Part shown: one piece after another, positions 1 through 12,506 of the stretch
How positions within the stretch are numbered: position 1 is the first letter of the stretch
Layout of the letters: each line of letters starts with the position of its first letter
NCBI GenBank assembly: GCA_016748015.1
Contig: JAAOMT010000591.1
Coordinates: 791,050-855,049, forward strand
Source: Geosiphon pyriformis uo1
Lineage: Eukaryota; Fungi; Glomeromycota
Reading direction: 5' to 3'
DNA: 64,000 nucleotides
Made by a program: the position numbers and the translations under genes
The notes under the pieces: model-generated
Seen by the model: the letters and a program-made list of their open reading frames with translations, nothing else
Told to the model about the DNA's origin: nothing
Database searches by the model: none

Positions 1-1201
1 CATAATTTTTTTATTTTGCATATATAATTTATAATTATTTGGCAATTTAAAAATTATTTATTGCTTTTAAACATTTTTTTTTGCAGATAAAAATATGATT
101 GCAAATATAAAGTTTTGTTTAATATCTAAAACTATAAAAACAGTATAGTATTTTTAATTATAAATACAAAAATTATTAAAAAAAATAATATAACATAATT
201 TTTAATAATTAAATTTGAATATATTTATAAACTTTAAATTAAACTTAAACCAAACTTGTTGTTTGAATTTAAGTTTAATTCAGATTTAATAATTTAAGTT
301 TAATTTAATTTTAAGTTTAAAATTTAGCCAAAATTTTTATTTAAGTTAAGTTTAATTTAATAATTTAATTAAACTTAAATTAAATTAAACCAAATATTAA
401 AATTTTAAGCCAAAAAAATAAAAAAAAAGAACCAAAAAAACAGAAGCCTTAATATAGAATTTTTTACTAATAAATATTAATATAAAAAATCTAAAGTTAA
501 TAACAAACTTGACAAATGACTTAAAAAAAAAAAAATAAAACAAATACAATTATCAACTTGAAAAAACAAATTATTAATTTTAAAAACAGTACAACTAAAG
601 AAAAAACTAACCAATTTAGTCTTAAAAGTATTTTTTAAAATAATAATTTTTTTTGATTAAGCAAAAAAAAGATTCTAATACTATTTTTTTTAATTAGTAC
701 AAACTTGTTGTTAAAAACAACAATAACAAAAATTTTTTTTTAAAATAAACAATAGTATATTATTACAAGTTAATAAGCTTTAATTTAACCAAAATAACAA
801 TTCTAAAAACACCAAAAATATTTTTGATATTATTAAAAAATAGATTAAAAAATTATTATAATATACAACAAAAGTAAAAAAAAAACCAAAAGTTATTACA
901 AAAGATTTTACAATTTTAAGTATAGTCAAAAAAATTATTAATTACAACTTTGGTAACAATAATTAAAAAAATTAAAAAGCAAAATCTATATAAAACAATT
1001 TAATATTGTTTTTTAAAACTGACTTAAACTTAATAAAGCCAGATAACAACTTGAATAAAAAAACCAATTAAAACTTTTTTTTCTCATCAATCTTCTGACC
1101 ACAATAAGAGCGAAAGATATTTTTGAAGAAATCGCTTTTTCTTTTCTCTCTCCCCTCAATCTCTGTTAACTATTTCTTCTAACTTATCTTTATTTGTTGT
1201 G

Positions 1202-3146
1202 ATGGAACTGGTGGGCTCATCTGCTGGTGGTTTTGGTTTAAGTTCAGCTGGTTTGGGGACCTGCCAGAGTGCTAAAAACAAATGTGTTGATATAGTCTAC
1301 TCCCATGGTGCATCCTACAAAAAGCCTAAAAAGCCTGCAGCTAGCATTTTGGTTGAGTTGTCTGCTGGTTCTCTATGTTTGGAAGATTTGGGTGGTAACA
1401 ATAGTAAGCTGGCAGCATCCTGGAGAAGCAGAGTGGGCAGTGTTTCTGGCAGTGTAAGTGGTTTTTTGGATGTCGAGAACTTGGAGAACTTGGTTGCTGA
1501 GAAGACAAGCTATGTTGATTTAGGTAAGGATGATGAAATGAATGAGACTATGCTGCAAAGAACTTGCATTTGAATGTATGTGTTAGAACAATCTCTTAAG
1601 GCATCTTTATTTGCTACTATGAATAATAATAATGATGACTCTATGTTGCCATCTCCTAAAATCAGTAGGTCCAATCAGCTGTCCTCTTCTAATTCACATG
1701 TTTTCGAGAGTCATAGTTTTGGGCCAGTAAAATTGTTTGCTCTGGATGTGAATTTGTTAGCTGTTTCTGGCAGGACTAATAGTAATAAGCTCATGTTTAT
1801 CAAAAAATTTTTTTACAAAGTTGATGGTTTTTGAGGAGCTTCAACTCCCTCAAAATTTCCTGGTGTTATTTGTTCAACTTTCACAAGTGAGTTTAGTTTG
1901 ATTAAGGCCAGGAAATTGACAGTCTGTGAAAATATTGTTGTCAATAGTAATCTCAAAAAAACAAACATTTGTTTGAATCGGGAAGTGATCATTAAGGAGA
2001 TCCCAGTTGATCTTTCAAAGTTGGCTGTGGAATCAGTTTTTTCTAAATTTGGCAAGATTGTTTCCATTAAGATGCAATTGATTGGTCTGTGGCAAAAGGC
2101 TCTGATTGAATTTGAGTCATTAGAAGTTGCCAGTTTGGTCGCTTCTAAGTAGTTTGTTCTTGTGAGAAAGAATTTGGTTTGTGTAGTGCTGGCTGTCAAT
2201 AATAAACAAATGTGGGTGTCAAGAGATTGTCATTGAGCTTTGCTCTATACTCTTCTGGTTGGTACTTCAGCCCATGATCTGTCAGATTTGTTGGTATTAT
2301 ATGGTGAGAAAACTTGTTTTATTGGCTGTAATCTTGGTTCATATGTCCACAATTGGTGTACAATTATTTGTTTTGAGAATAAGGATGCCAGATTGGCTGC
2401 TGTTAGTACCATTCTAATTTTCAAGAGTATTAGTTTGTATTGGGCTTGTCTTGTTTTGGCTAGCTGTATCAAGTGTGAGCAGTTTGGTCATACCACTGCC
2501 AACTGTCCTGTAGGTGGAAGTTCTGGTGTTCATGGAAAGAGGGTGGTTTTTGATCAGGATCAGATTTGTCTGACTGGTATATATAAGAAAAAATCAGCTT
2601 CTATTGCTCGTCCAGTTTTGTTTGGTGGCAAAACATGGGCCCAAGTTGCTAGTGGCATCTTTTTCTGTGTGTCTCTTTCTGGTTCTTCTGGTTTTGGTTT
2701 GTGTTCTGGCTCAGTTCCTCCTTCAGTGGTCTCTGATTATCTTGTTGTTTCCTGTTTGAATAATTGTTTGGCAGTTTTGGAATGCTCTTTGGAGCTTTTG
2801 GCTGACCGTGTTTCTGGCATTCTGGTTAGGTTGAATTCCTTTGGTGTGGTTCCTTTGGTTCCTTTTTCCCTGGCCTCCCCTCTTTTTGTTTCTGCAGCTT
2901 TGAGTTCTGAAGTGAATTCGGATATGACTGTGGACAATGCTTTGAGTTCTTCTGATATTACTCCCCCCCATTACTATTGATGCTGTTGTCAATCTCAGCA
3001 TTAGTAGTTCCAAGGTTTTTACTGCCAAGGTGGGTGGTTTAGAGACAAAATTGGTCGCTTTGAAGGCTTTAGTTGGTTTGGTTTTGGATAAGTTGAATCT
3101 TCTGTGCTCTGGTTTGGGTCTGTCAGCTCCCACGTCATCTCAATGA
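1202..3146 (+). pseudogene. LINE ORF1 (RRM domains + CCHC zinc knuckle), disrupted
   Basis: IIKEIPVDLSKLAVESVFSKFGKIVSIKMQ (RRM-like) and CIKCEQFGHTTANC (CX2CX4HX4C); several in-frame stops and a frameshift near 2965. Confidence 0.88.
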
Positions 3147-6100
3147 CTTACTTAATTTGGAAAATTGCCATGTGCAATATTAGAAGTATGAACAATAGTG
3201 CAAAGCAGGCAGACATTGTTTGTTGGCATAAAGATATGAACAATATGGTTTCTATTGTTACTGAAACAAAGTTGAAGGGAAAGATTTGCTCTTGGATTAC
3301 TGATAAGTTTGATGGTATTCATGTTTTTACTTCTGGACTGAATTCTGGTCACATGGGATCTGGTGTTGCAATTATTTTAGACTCTTCTTTGGTGAGACAT
3401 GTATGTAAAGTTTCAGAGATGCCTGGTCAGCTTCTGTTGGTTAGATTGCTTTTTAAGAACAAATTCTTTGTGTCTATTTTGGGGCTGTATGTTGGTGCAT
3501 CTTCAGCAGTTTGTTTCTCTCAGGCTGGCAAGGTTAACTCTCTTATTGCTAAGGCTGTGAACGAGTCCTCCTTTGTTATTCTTGGTGGTGATTTTAATGA
3601 AGATGGTTCTTACAAGTGTGCAAGTTTCAAAAAATGTTTTGATTTGGGTTTGGTTAACTTTCTGGGGGGGAGCTCCTTCGTGAAGTCACCCACTTGGTGC
3701 AATTCTCATGGCATCACTAAAATGATTGACTATGTGCTCATTTCTTCTAATTTGGTTGGTATAGTGGTGGATCATGGTGTAGATGGTGTTGAAGACTATT
3801 TTAATACTGATCACAAGGCTGTGTTTGTTTCTGTAAGACTGGAAGGCCTGCTCAATGTCAAGTTGAACTCACTGCGCAAACAAGAAAATAGGGATTGTTG
3901 GAAATATGATATCAAAAATGCCAATGAGGTTAAGTGGTCTGAGTTCAGAGATGCTATGGCTGCTAATGCTGTTATGTTCTCGGATGAGTTTGTTGCAGCT
4001 AAGCGGTTTTCTGATCTGGATGCGATGTGGAACATTGTTTATAAGGTTATGATTCTTTCGGCTGATGGAACATTTGAGAAAAAATGGTTTAAGAGTTTCG
4101 ATTGTGTTTTTAATAAGGTATCTTCTTGGTTTCATAAACTGGAGCTACTTGTGTTTAAACTGGTAAAGACTTCTCAGTTGGTTTCTGGTGAGGATTTTGC
4201 CTTGTTGTTGAATACTTAAAACAGGCTTGATTCTATGGGTGTTTTACCTATGAAATCTCTGTTTCTTTCTGGCGCCAGTTTTGATGTGATCTGTTCTGGG
4301 CTGGCTAAGACAAGGAAGTTTTACCGCTCTTCTAAGTTGTTGGAATCTAAGCGTGCTGAAGAATCTAGTGTAAGACAGGCTATTGAAAAGAGAATGGAGA
4401 GTTTTGAAATAGATAAAGGTTACACCATTAGAAGTGTTTTGGAGCATTCTTTTTGTAAAGTGGTGTTGAATCATTTGGTGGATGGTGAGGAGTTGGTCTT
4501 GGAGCCTGAGTTGGTTAAATCTAAAGTGGATGGAATCATGGAGGATTGGACTAGGAAATGTGTGGTGGCTTCTGATATCTCTGGTGATTGGGCAAGGCAA
4601 TTTTGGTCTTTGGATTATGTCTTCGATGGTGCTTTCTCTGATGTGATGCATTCAATTAGTTTTGATGAGATATTTGGTGTTATTTCAAATTTGCCCAATG
4701 AAAAAGTGGCTAGTCTTTTTGGTATCACAAACAAACTTTGAAAACACTGTGACAAGTCAGTCTTGGATATGCTTTTGGTGCTCTTAAATTTTTGTTTGGA
4801 TTGTGAGTCAGTGCCTGGACCTTAGAGGGAAGTCTGGATCTTGATGATACCTAAACCTTACAAGTAGGAGGGGGTTCTTACAAATACCTGCCTCATTGCT
4901 TAAATTGAGACAGCTCGTAAGGTTTTTTCTAAGATTCTTTCGGATCAGATTTCTCTGGCTTGTAGTACTTTTGATGTTCTTCATGGGGACAATTTCTTTG
5001 TCCTGAAAGGTACGTCTACTCAATTGCCTATTTTTGCTATTGGTTTGGTGATCAAAGATGCTTTAGAAAAGAACCAAGAGTTGTGGCTAGTTTTACAGGA
5101 TATGTGCAAAGCTTATGATTCTGTTGGTTGGAAGCATCTCAAAAGAAATTTGATCAGGATCAAAATGTGTGACAAATTTATCAGATTTTTTAGTAGCATT
5201 CATAATGATCGCACTAACAGAGTGATGACAAATTTTGGTTTGACTGATGGATATCATGTTCATAATAGATTGGATCAGGGGGAGATGTTTTTACCACTTT
5301 TCTGGTGCATATTTTATGACTCGCTTTTGTGTAAAGTTAAGAGACAGAAGAGCATTTATGGTTACAGGTTGATTTCCCATTTTGTTTCTAAGACTGGCCA
5401 GGTGGAATCTCAAGCTGGACTGATGTTATTTCTGGCCGCTAGTGCTTTTGTTGATGATACTATCTGGGTTAGTAGCAGCCAGACTGCTACACAACACATC
5501 CTCAATGTTGCTAGTGATTTCTTTTGTTTAAATGATATTTTGATAAACAATAACAAGATTGTGGCCATTCCTATCAACTGTCGGATCACTGCTTCTTATC
5601 TAACTATTAGTGGTCTGCCAATTTCCATCACTAAAAAAGGTGAATCTTATCATTATCTGGAGATTTTTTTATCTTCTAAAAGTTTTTCGAAGCCTAGATT
5701 GGTTAAAACACATTCGGATATTCAGTTTTTCATCAATCTTATTCTAAGAAAAGTTATTTCAGATAAACAGTTTGCTTATTTGGTGTCTTCAGTTCTTTTT
5801 CCTATTGTCAACTATAGAATTCAGTTCAGTTTTATTCCTCTCAGTGTGTGTAATAAATGGGATGCTTTAATTCACAAGGGTCTGAAATCCAAATCTGAAC
5901 TGCCTCTGGACTTTCCCAATAATGCACTTTATCATCTTTTCTTGTATAATTTAAAAACTTTTGAGCAGATTCAGGCTGAGAGCAAGTCAGCTTCTGTCAT
6001 TGCTTTTGTGAATTTAGTTAGTGTTTTGGGTTGCTTGTTTTCTTATAGGTCTTATGATCTCCAGGTTTTCAGCTGGCATCCTCATCACCCTTTGTTGTTT

Positions 6101-7829
6101 CCTGTTCATGTTAGAGTCAGCCCTTCAAACAACTTTTTGGCAGGTGTGGTTCATATTTTTTCTGGGTGTGATTTGTCTTTGGGTGGCTCTTTGGCTGGTG
6201 CTTTTTATCTTCAGAGTGATACTTCTATGTCTCTAGTTTTCGGCGAGATGATTTTCTTCAAATGTGTCTCTTCCTTTAAGCATTATGGTATTGCTTTCGT
6301 GAAACAGCTTTGTGACTGAAATGGCATTGTTTTTGATTGAATGACTTTTAAGCATTGGAAAAGGCTGGATCCCTGTGGCCTAGTTCCCTCCTGGTTTGAT
6401 CTCTCTGTTCGTCTTTTTGGTGGTGTAGCTTCTCCTTCTGGTTGTTTTTCTCATAAGGGTGGTTGTGGCTCTTTTGACATCCATCAGTCTCTTGGTTTTG
6501 GTGTTATTTGTAATGATCTGTTAAATATTGGTGCTGCCCACCTCTCTGTTTACACAGATGGATCTCTGAGTAACTTGGGGACTGTTGACATGTTGGCTGG
6601 TGCTGTGGTTTTCTTTAAGGACATTAATTCAGGTCTAAGTATGAGAGTTTCTGGTTTGGTTTTTTCTACTTTGGTGAAGTTGTAAGCCATTGCTTTAGCT
6701 CTTGAGTGTGTTCCTTCTTTTCATTTGGTTGACTTGTTCTTGGACAGCTGCAGCTATAGATGCTTACAGGTCGGAGTCGTTATTGGTTGGCCCTAATTTC
6801 AGGAATTGTTGTTGGATTGAGCATCGTCACATCACCAATGTTATTCATCGCAAAAATTTGGATGTTAATTGGATTAAGATTAAGGGCTATTCGGGTGTTT
6901 CAGGCAATGAGCATGCTGATGTGCTGGCCAAGAATGCTGCTCTTTCTGCCTGGCACCTGCCCCACTTGGTCAATAAGAGGTTTTTGAAGGCTGGTGTTGA
7001 TACAGTTTTTGGTAATTCGAGGCATTTTGTTCGTGACGTATTCAGATCAATCTATTGCGCATATTGAGAGGTTGGTTCTGGTTCCCAGATTGTTCCAGGT
7101 TGTTTGCATGCTGATATTGACTGGTTGAGGTCTTTTTTGGTGTGGCACCCAGATTTCCACATGGTGACTGGTTTTACTAGTGTTCAGACAGCTGGCTTTT
7201 GTACATATTTCATGAAAGTCCTTCATTATTGCCTTCCTGTAGCTGTGCAAAAGCATCTGTATGATAGGAGTTATCCCAGTGTAGTTTGTTTGTTCTGTGA
7301 TAAGGTTGAAGTCTCAGACCATGTCTTTTCTTGTTCTTCTGACACTGATATTCGTGCCAGTTTGTTGGACACTTATGCAGCTGCCTGAGAGGTGCATTCT
7401 GATCTGTCTCGCTTTTCTTTGTGCATATTGTAGTTGTTGTCAACTTGCATTTCAGATGTGACTGTCAGTATGGCTCTGTGTAAGGGCTTTGTTTTCAGTA
7501 ATTGGTACCACGAGTTTGTTTCTGTTTACAAGGATCCTAAGGTGGCAGTATTTAATGTTGTGAGTTTTGTATGTGAGTTTTGTCTTGCATTTTGTGATAA
7601 TATTTGGCTGGTCTGTGTGAAACACCAGGCCATTATGGAGAAGAATAAGCTGATTCCATGTGATGGTTCCATTCCTGTCACTATTTCTGGTTTTTCTACG
7701 TGGCTTTCGGCTGGAGTGATTAGGTTGTTAGGTATTGCTGATGCACTTGGCATCAGTTTTGAGTATTGTAAGCATTGTTTGTTTTATGCAGGTGTTGGTG
7801 ATATGGTTTCTGTTCATATAAGTGTGTAG
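3143..7829 (+). pseudogene. LINE ORF2: APE endonuclease, RT, RNase H, C-terminal Cys/His finger, disrupted
   Basis: APE motifs CNIRS, TETK, GGDFN, IDYV, TDH; RT motifs LQDMCKAYDSV, QGEMFLP, FVDD; RNase H motifs YTDGS and WIKIKGYSGVSGNEHAD; CLFC...HVFSC. Confidence 0.92.
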
Positions 7830-8519
7830 TGTTGTTCTGACTAGTCTGAGTCTCTGATCACATGTAGCAAAGGCATGATTTATACCTAGTTTAGATTATT
7901 TGTATGATGTATAGTACTAGGTAGTGTTTGGATTTCACTTGCTAAACTTTTAATATAAAAAAAAACCAATTAAACCAATTTAATTTTAAATATAGTATCA
8001 AGTATTAAAGTAAAAGCCACTTAGTTAGAAAACTTTTAATAACTAAATATTGTTTTTTAAATACTATTAGAAATAATATTAAAAAATAAAAAGAAAAAAG
8101 TTATTTTAATTTTTATCTAATTACTTTAATCTTTAAAATCAAGTAATAATTTGCCAAAAAACATTATATTTAACAATACAATTAGTGATTAATTTTGACT
8201 TATTTTGGAAAATATATTATTACTATTAATATTTATATTAAAAAAATGCCAAATAATACTGAAAGATTTTATTTGAAATTTTATTTGAAATTACCAAAAA
8301 ATTTAGTATAATAATAATCAATACAAAAAATTGTTGCTGTTTTAAAGTTTTTGGCTTTTTTGGCTATTTGCAAAATAATAGTAATAATAGTAATAATAAG
8401 AGCAAAAAAAATCAGATTGTTAATTAGTTTATTATTAAAATTCTTAGGTTTTTAAAAAAATAAAAACAATATTACTTAAGTAAAAAAACCAATTAAAAAC
8501 TATTAAAAACGTAATTATT

Positions 8520-8640
8520 ATATAAAACACAAAATAACATAAAGTAATACAAAATAAAATAAAATAATACAAAATAACATAAAATAATACAAAATAACAA
8601 AAAATAATATATAATAATATAAAATAACACAAAATAAATA
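8520..8640. repeat. Degenerate ~10-bp tandem repeat (CACAAAATAA-like)
   Basis: Repeated cacaaaataa/tacaaaataa units visible directly; this explains spurious ORF 8444-8632. Confidence 0.7.
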
Positions 8641-9850
8641 GTAATAATATATAGAATAATTAGTTATAATATAAAAATAATTAATTAATTAATAATAATA
8701 AACAATTAAAAACAATCTTATAGAACTAAAAAATATATATATAAAAAAGTAATTTTAACAGATAAAAAAAAACAATAATTAAATTTATCTTAACTTATAT
8801 TCTTAGTTTTTAAAACAATTTTTTATCTTATTATCTCTTATATTTCTTATTAACTAAAATAAAATATTATTATTTAACTTTCAAATATTTCTGAATTTAA
8901 AACTTATTATTAAAATTTAATTATTTGCTTCTATTTATTTTTGTTTTGAATTAGATGTATTTAACTAAATGTTTTTTGAAACTTTAATAATTTGAATCAA
9001 TTACTTTTAATCATAATAATTAATAAAATATTAATTTTTTTTCTTGTTATTTTCGTTTTTTTTCATTCTCTTGAAAAGTAAAAATATTGAAAATTAATTG
9101 CTTTAAAATTAGACTTTGTAATAATTTGATAAAAAAAAAAGTTTTTTTTAGAATTAGATATTAACTTTATCTTATTAGCTTATTAAAAAAACAAAAAAAC
9201 AATACTAGACTTTAATAATTGTGATCAATTAGTACAAAATACAATACACTTATATTTATACAACTGTTAAAACAATATATTTGTATCTTATAACCAAAAA
9301 ACTCAATAAATAAAACTTTAAACAATAAAAACTTTTAGAAACTGATTAATAAATTAAAATTTAACATATTTCAACTTACTAATTAACTTTTATTATTAAA
9401 TTTTAAGCACTAAATATTATGTTATTATATTACCAAATTTATTTGTAATATTTAGTATTCTTTGTAAAATTATAAAATCTACAGAAACAAAGCATTTAGA
9501 AAACTCACAAAAGTAGTAACTATTAAAATTGTTAAAAAAAATTACTTATTACTTAGAAAAGTCTTATATTAACACTTTTAAAAAAATTTAAAAATACTAA
9601 AAGCAATATTTACAGCTAAAAATAACTTTTTTTACTATGTATAAGTCAAGATTAATTATTATTTAAACAAAACAATTAATATTAGAAAACCATCTATTAA
9701 GTTTTATAAAAAAACTTTCTCTTGTTGATTTCTTGACCATGACAAGAGCAATAATAATATATTCTTCGAAGACACCACTTTGCTTATATTTTTTTTCTTT
9801 TTCCCCTTCATTTACCTGAATTATTTTGTCCATATTGCCTCTCTTCTCCG

Positions 9851-11817
9851 TGATAAATCTAGCAAGCTCATCTGCTGGTGGTCTTAGTTCGGTTTCAGCT
9901 GAGTTGGGTTTCTGGTCTAGTATTAGTATTAAAAAGAAAGCATATGTTGAAAGTGTGTACTCTTGTAGTCCCTTATTCAAGAAAATGAAAAAACCTGGAG
10001 CTTCTGGTGTAGTGGTTGACTTGTCGGCTGGATCTTTGTCTGCTAACATGCTGTAAGCCAATAGTAGTGAACGTGTTAAATCTTGGGGCAGTGAAATGGA
10101 TAGCGAAGAAAACAGTGTAAGTGAAGTATTGGACATAGAAAACATGAAGAACACAGTTACCAATAAAATGAGCTACATAGACTTTAATACTTCTGAGATA
10201 GATGACATAGTGGACAATACTACTCCGAAGATGATGTGTACCAGAACTTACGTCTTAGGGAAACTGCCAAAAGGGCTTTTTTTCAATATCTTAAGTGATA
10301 ATAGTGCAGAGTTGGTGCTCTCAGCACCTAAATTTATTGGTTTCATTAGATTGCTATCAGCTAATTCATGTGTTGGAGACATCCAGAATTTTGATTCAAA
10401 GAAATTTTTTGTGTTGGATGTTGAATTTTCTACAGTGCCTAACAAAACCTCTGGTAATAAGCTGTTGTATCTTAAAAAAATTTTTTATTGGATTAATGGT
10501 TTTGGAGAAGTCTTTACTCCTTCAAAATTTCCTGAGATTATCAGATCATCTTTTACTTTGGAATCCAGTTTAAATAAGGCAAAAGATCTGGCTGTCAATG
10601 AAAAGATTTTAGTCAATAGTGAGATAAGAAAAATAAACAATCATTTGGATTGGGAAGTGATAGTCAGGGAGATCCCAGTAGATCTTTCCAAATCAGCAGT
10701 TATATCAGTCTTTTCTAAATTTGGTAAGGTTGTATCAGTGAGGATGCAGTTAATTAGTCTCTGGCAGAAAGTCTGAGTAGAATTTGAGTTATCAGATGTG
10801 GCTAGCATGGTAACTGCCAAGTGGTCAGTTCTTATGAGAAAAGATTCTGTTAGAGTGGCATTGGCTGTTGGGGATAAACAAACATGGATTTTAAGAAATT
10901 ATTATAGGGCTTTGCTTTACATCTTGCCTATTAGTACTACTGTACATGATTTATCTAAGCTGTTAGTCTCTTATGAAGGTAGAACATGTTTTATTGGCCG
11001 CAATCCTGTTTTATATGTTTGTGATAGATGTGCAGTGGTTTGTTTTGATAGTGAAAAATTGAGGAATAATGCCATTGGTTCTTTGCTAGTTTTCAAAGGA
11101 GTGAATTTAAGATGAACTGGTCTTTCTTTGGCTTGTTGTGCTAAGTGTGACTAATTTGATCATGTTTTTGATGATTGTTCTGTGAGTGGGAATTCTGGTG
11201 CTCATGAGAAAAGGGTGATGACTTTTTATAATCAGATTTGTTTAGCCAGTATATATAAGAAGAAGCAGGCATCTATTGCTTGTCTGGTTTCTTTTGGTGG
11301 TAAAACTTGGGCACAGGTTGCCAGCAGTTCTCCTTCTTGTGTTTTTTCTTCGTCTTCGTTAAATGTAGGTGTGATGTTAAGTGCAAATATCTCTCACACA
11401 ATTTCTGCACCTTTTGATGTCTCTGGTTTTAACAATCATTTGGTTTTTTTGGAGTGTTCTCTAGAGCTAGTGGCAGACCAGATTTCTGACATCTTAAAAA
11501 AATTGGGTTCTGTTAATCTAATGCCTTTGCCTTCTGTTTTTTATGTATCTCTTTCAGTTGTTCCTGATTTTTTGGCATTGGATTTGGATTCAGACATGGC
11601 TTTAGATGGAGTAGTGATACCACCTGTCTTTCCTCTTCCTGAAGTTGATGTTGTGCTCTCTGATTTCAGCCCCAGCAATTCGAAAGTCCTAACCACCAAA
11701 GTGTGTGGTTTGGAGTCAAAATTGGTGGCTTTTGAAGTATTGATCTGTTCAGTATTGGCTAGGTTGGATTTTTTGGGCTCTGGTTTGGGTTTTTTGTTCT
11801 CTTCTTCTTCTCAATGA
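9851..11817 (+). pseudogene. LINE-2 ORF1 (RRM + degenerate CCHC)
   Basis: EVIVREIPVDLSKSAVISVFSKFGKVVSVRMQ and VSFGGKTWAQVAS, homologous to LINE-1 ORF1. Confidence 0.85.
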
Positions 11818-12506
11818 GTAGTATAATTTGGAAATTTACTACATACAACATCTAGAGTATTAATGTATCTGCTAAGCAAGAAGATATTATTTGGTGGCAT
11901 TTAAGCTTAGGTAATATGGTGTCTTTTGTTATGGAAACTAAGCTTCATTCTAGTGTTAAATCTTGGATTGCCAATAGGTTTAATGGTGTGTGGATATTCA
12001 CGTCTGGTTTAGATAAAAGTTATCTTGGTGCTGGTGTGGCTGTTATTATAAATGATTCCTTGGCTTGTTATGTTTCTAGAGTAGAAGAGATTCCAGGTAG
12101 AATTATTTCAGTGCGACTCCTATTTAAAGACAGGTTTTCAGTTATAGTCTTAGGTTTGTATGCTGGTGCATTAGCTGGGGTTAGGTTCAGAAGTGAACTC
12201 TCTTATTGCCAAGGCCATTAACTCTAGTACTTTCATGGTGTTGGGTGGAGATTTTAATGAAAATGGGGCTGGAAAAAGTGCAAGCTTTAAATTTTGTTCA
12301 AATTTGGGTTTGGTCAATTCTTTCACAGGCCATTCTTTGGCTAAAGCTGCTACATAGACCAATTCAAGGAGGATTGAAAAGACTATTAACTACATTTTTG
12401 TTAGTGAGAACTTGGCTTCAGCAGTGGCAAGTCATGTAATTGGCTCTGTTTCCAATTTTTTTGATACTGATCACAAAGCTGTTATAGTGTCTGTTGGTTT
12501 GGGTGG
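11814..12506 (+). pseudogene. LINE-2 ORF2 5' part (APE endonuclease)
   Basis: METKL, LGGDFNE and DTDHKAV motifs; truncated by the LTR insertion. Confidence 0.85.

Larger units (their letters stand above)
1073..7958 (+). mobile_element. LINE-1 (window label): full-length decayed non-LTR retrotransposon with RNase H
   Basis: Pyrimidine-rich 5'UTR, ORF1, ORF2, 3'UTR and A-rich tail. Flanked by the direct repeat AAAAAAACCAATTAAA at 1057-1072 and 7959-7974 (candidate 16-bp TSD, partly merged with the polyA). Confidence 0.92.

Noticed and set aside
8444-8632. Hydrophobic 62-aa ORF
   Set aside because: It is the translation of a 10-bp AT-rich tandem repeat.
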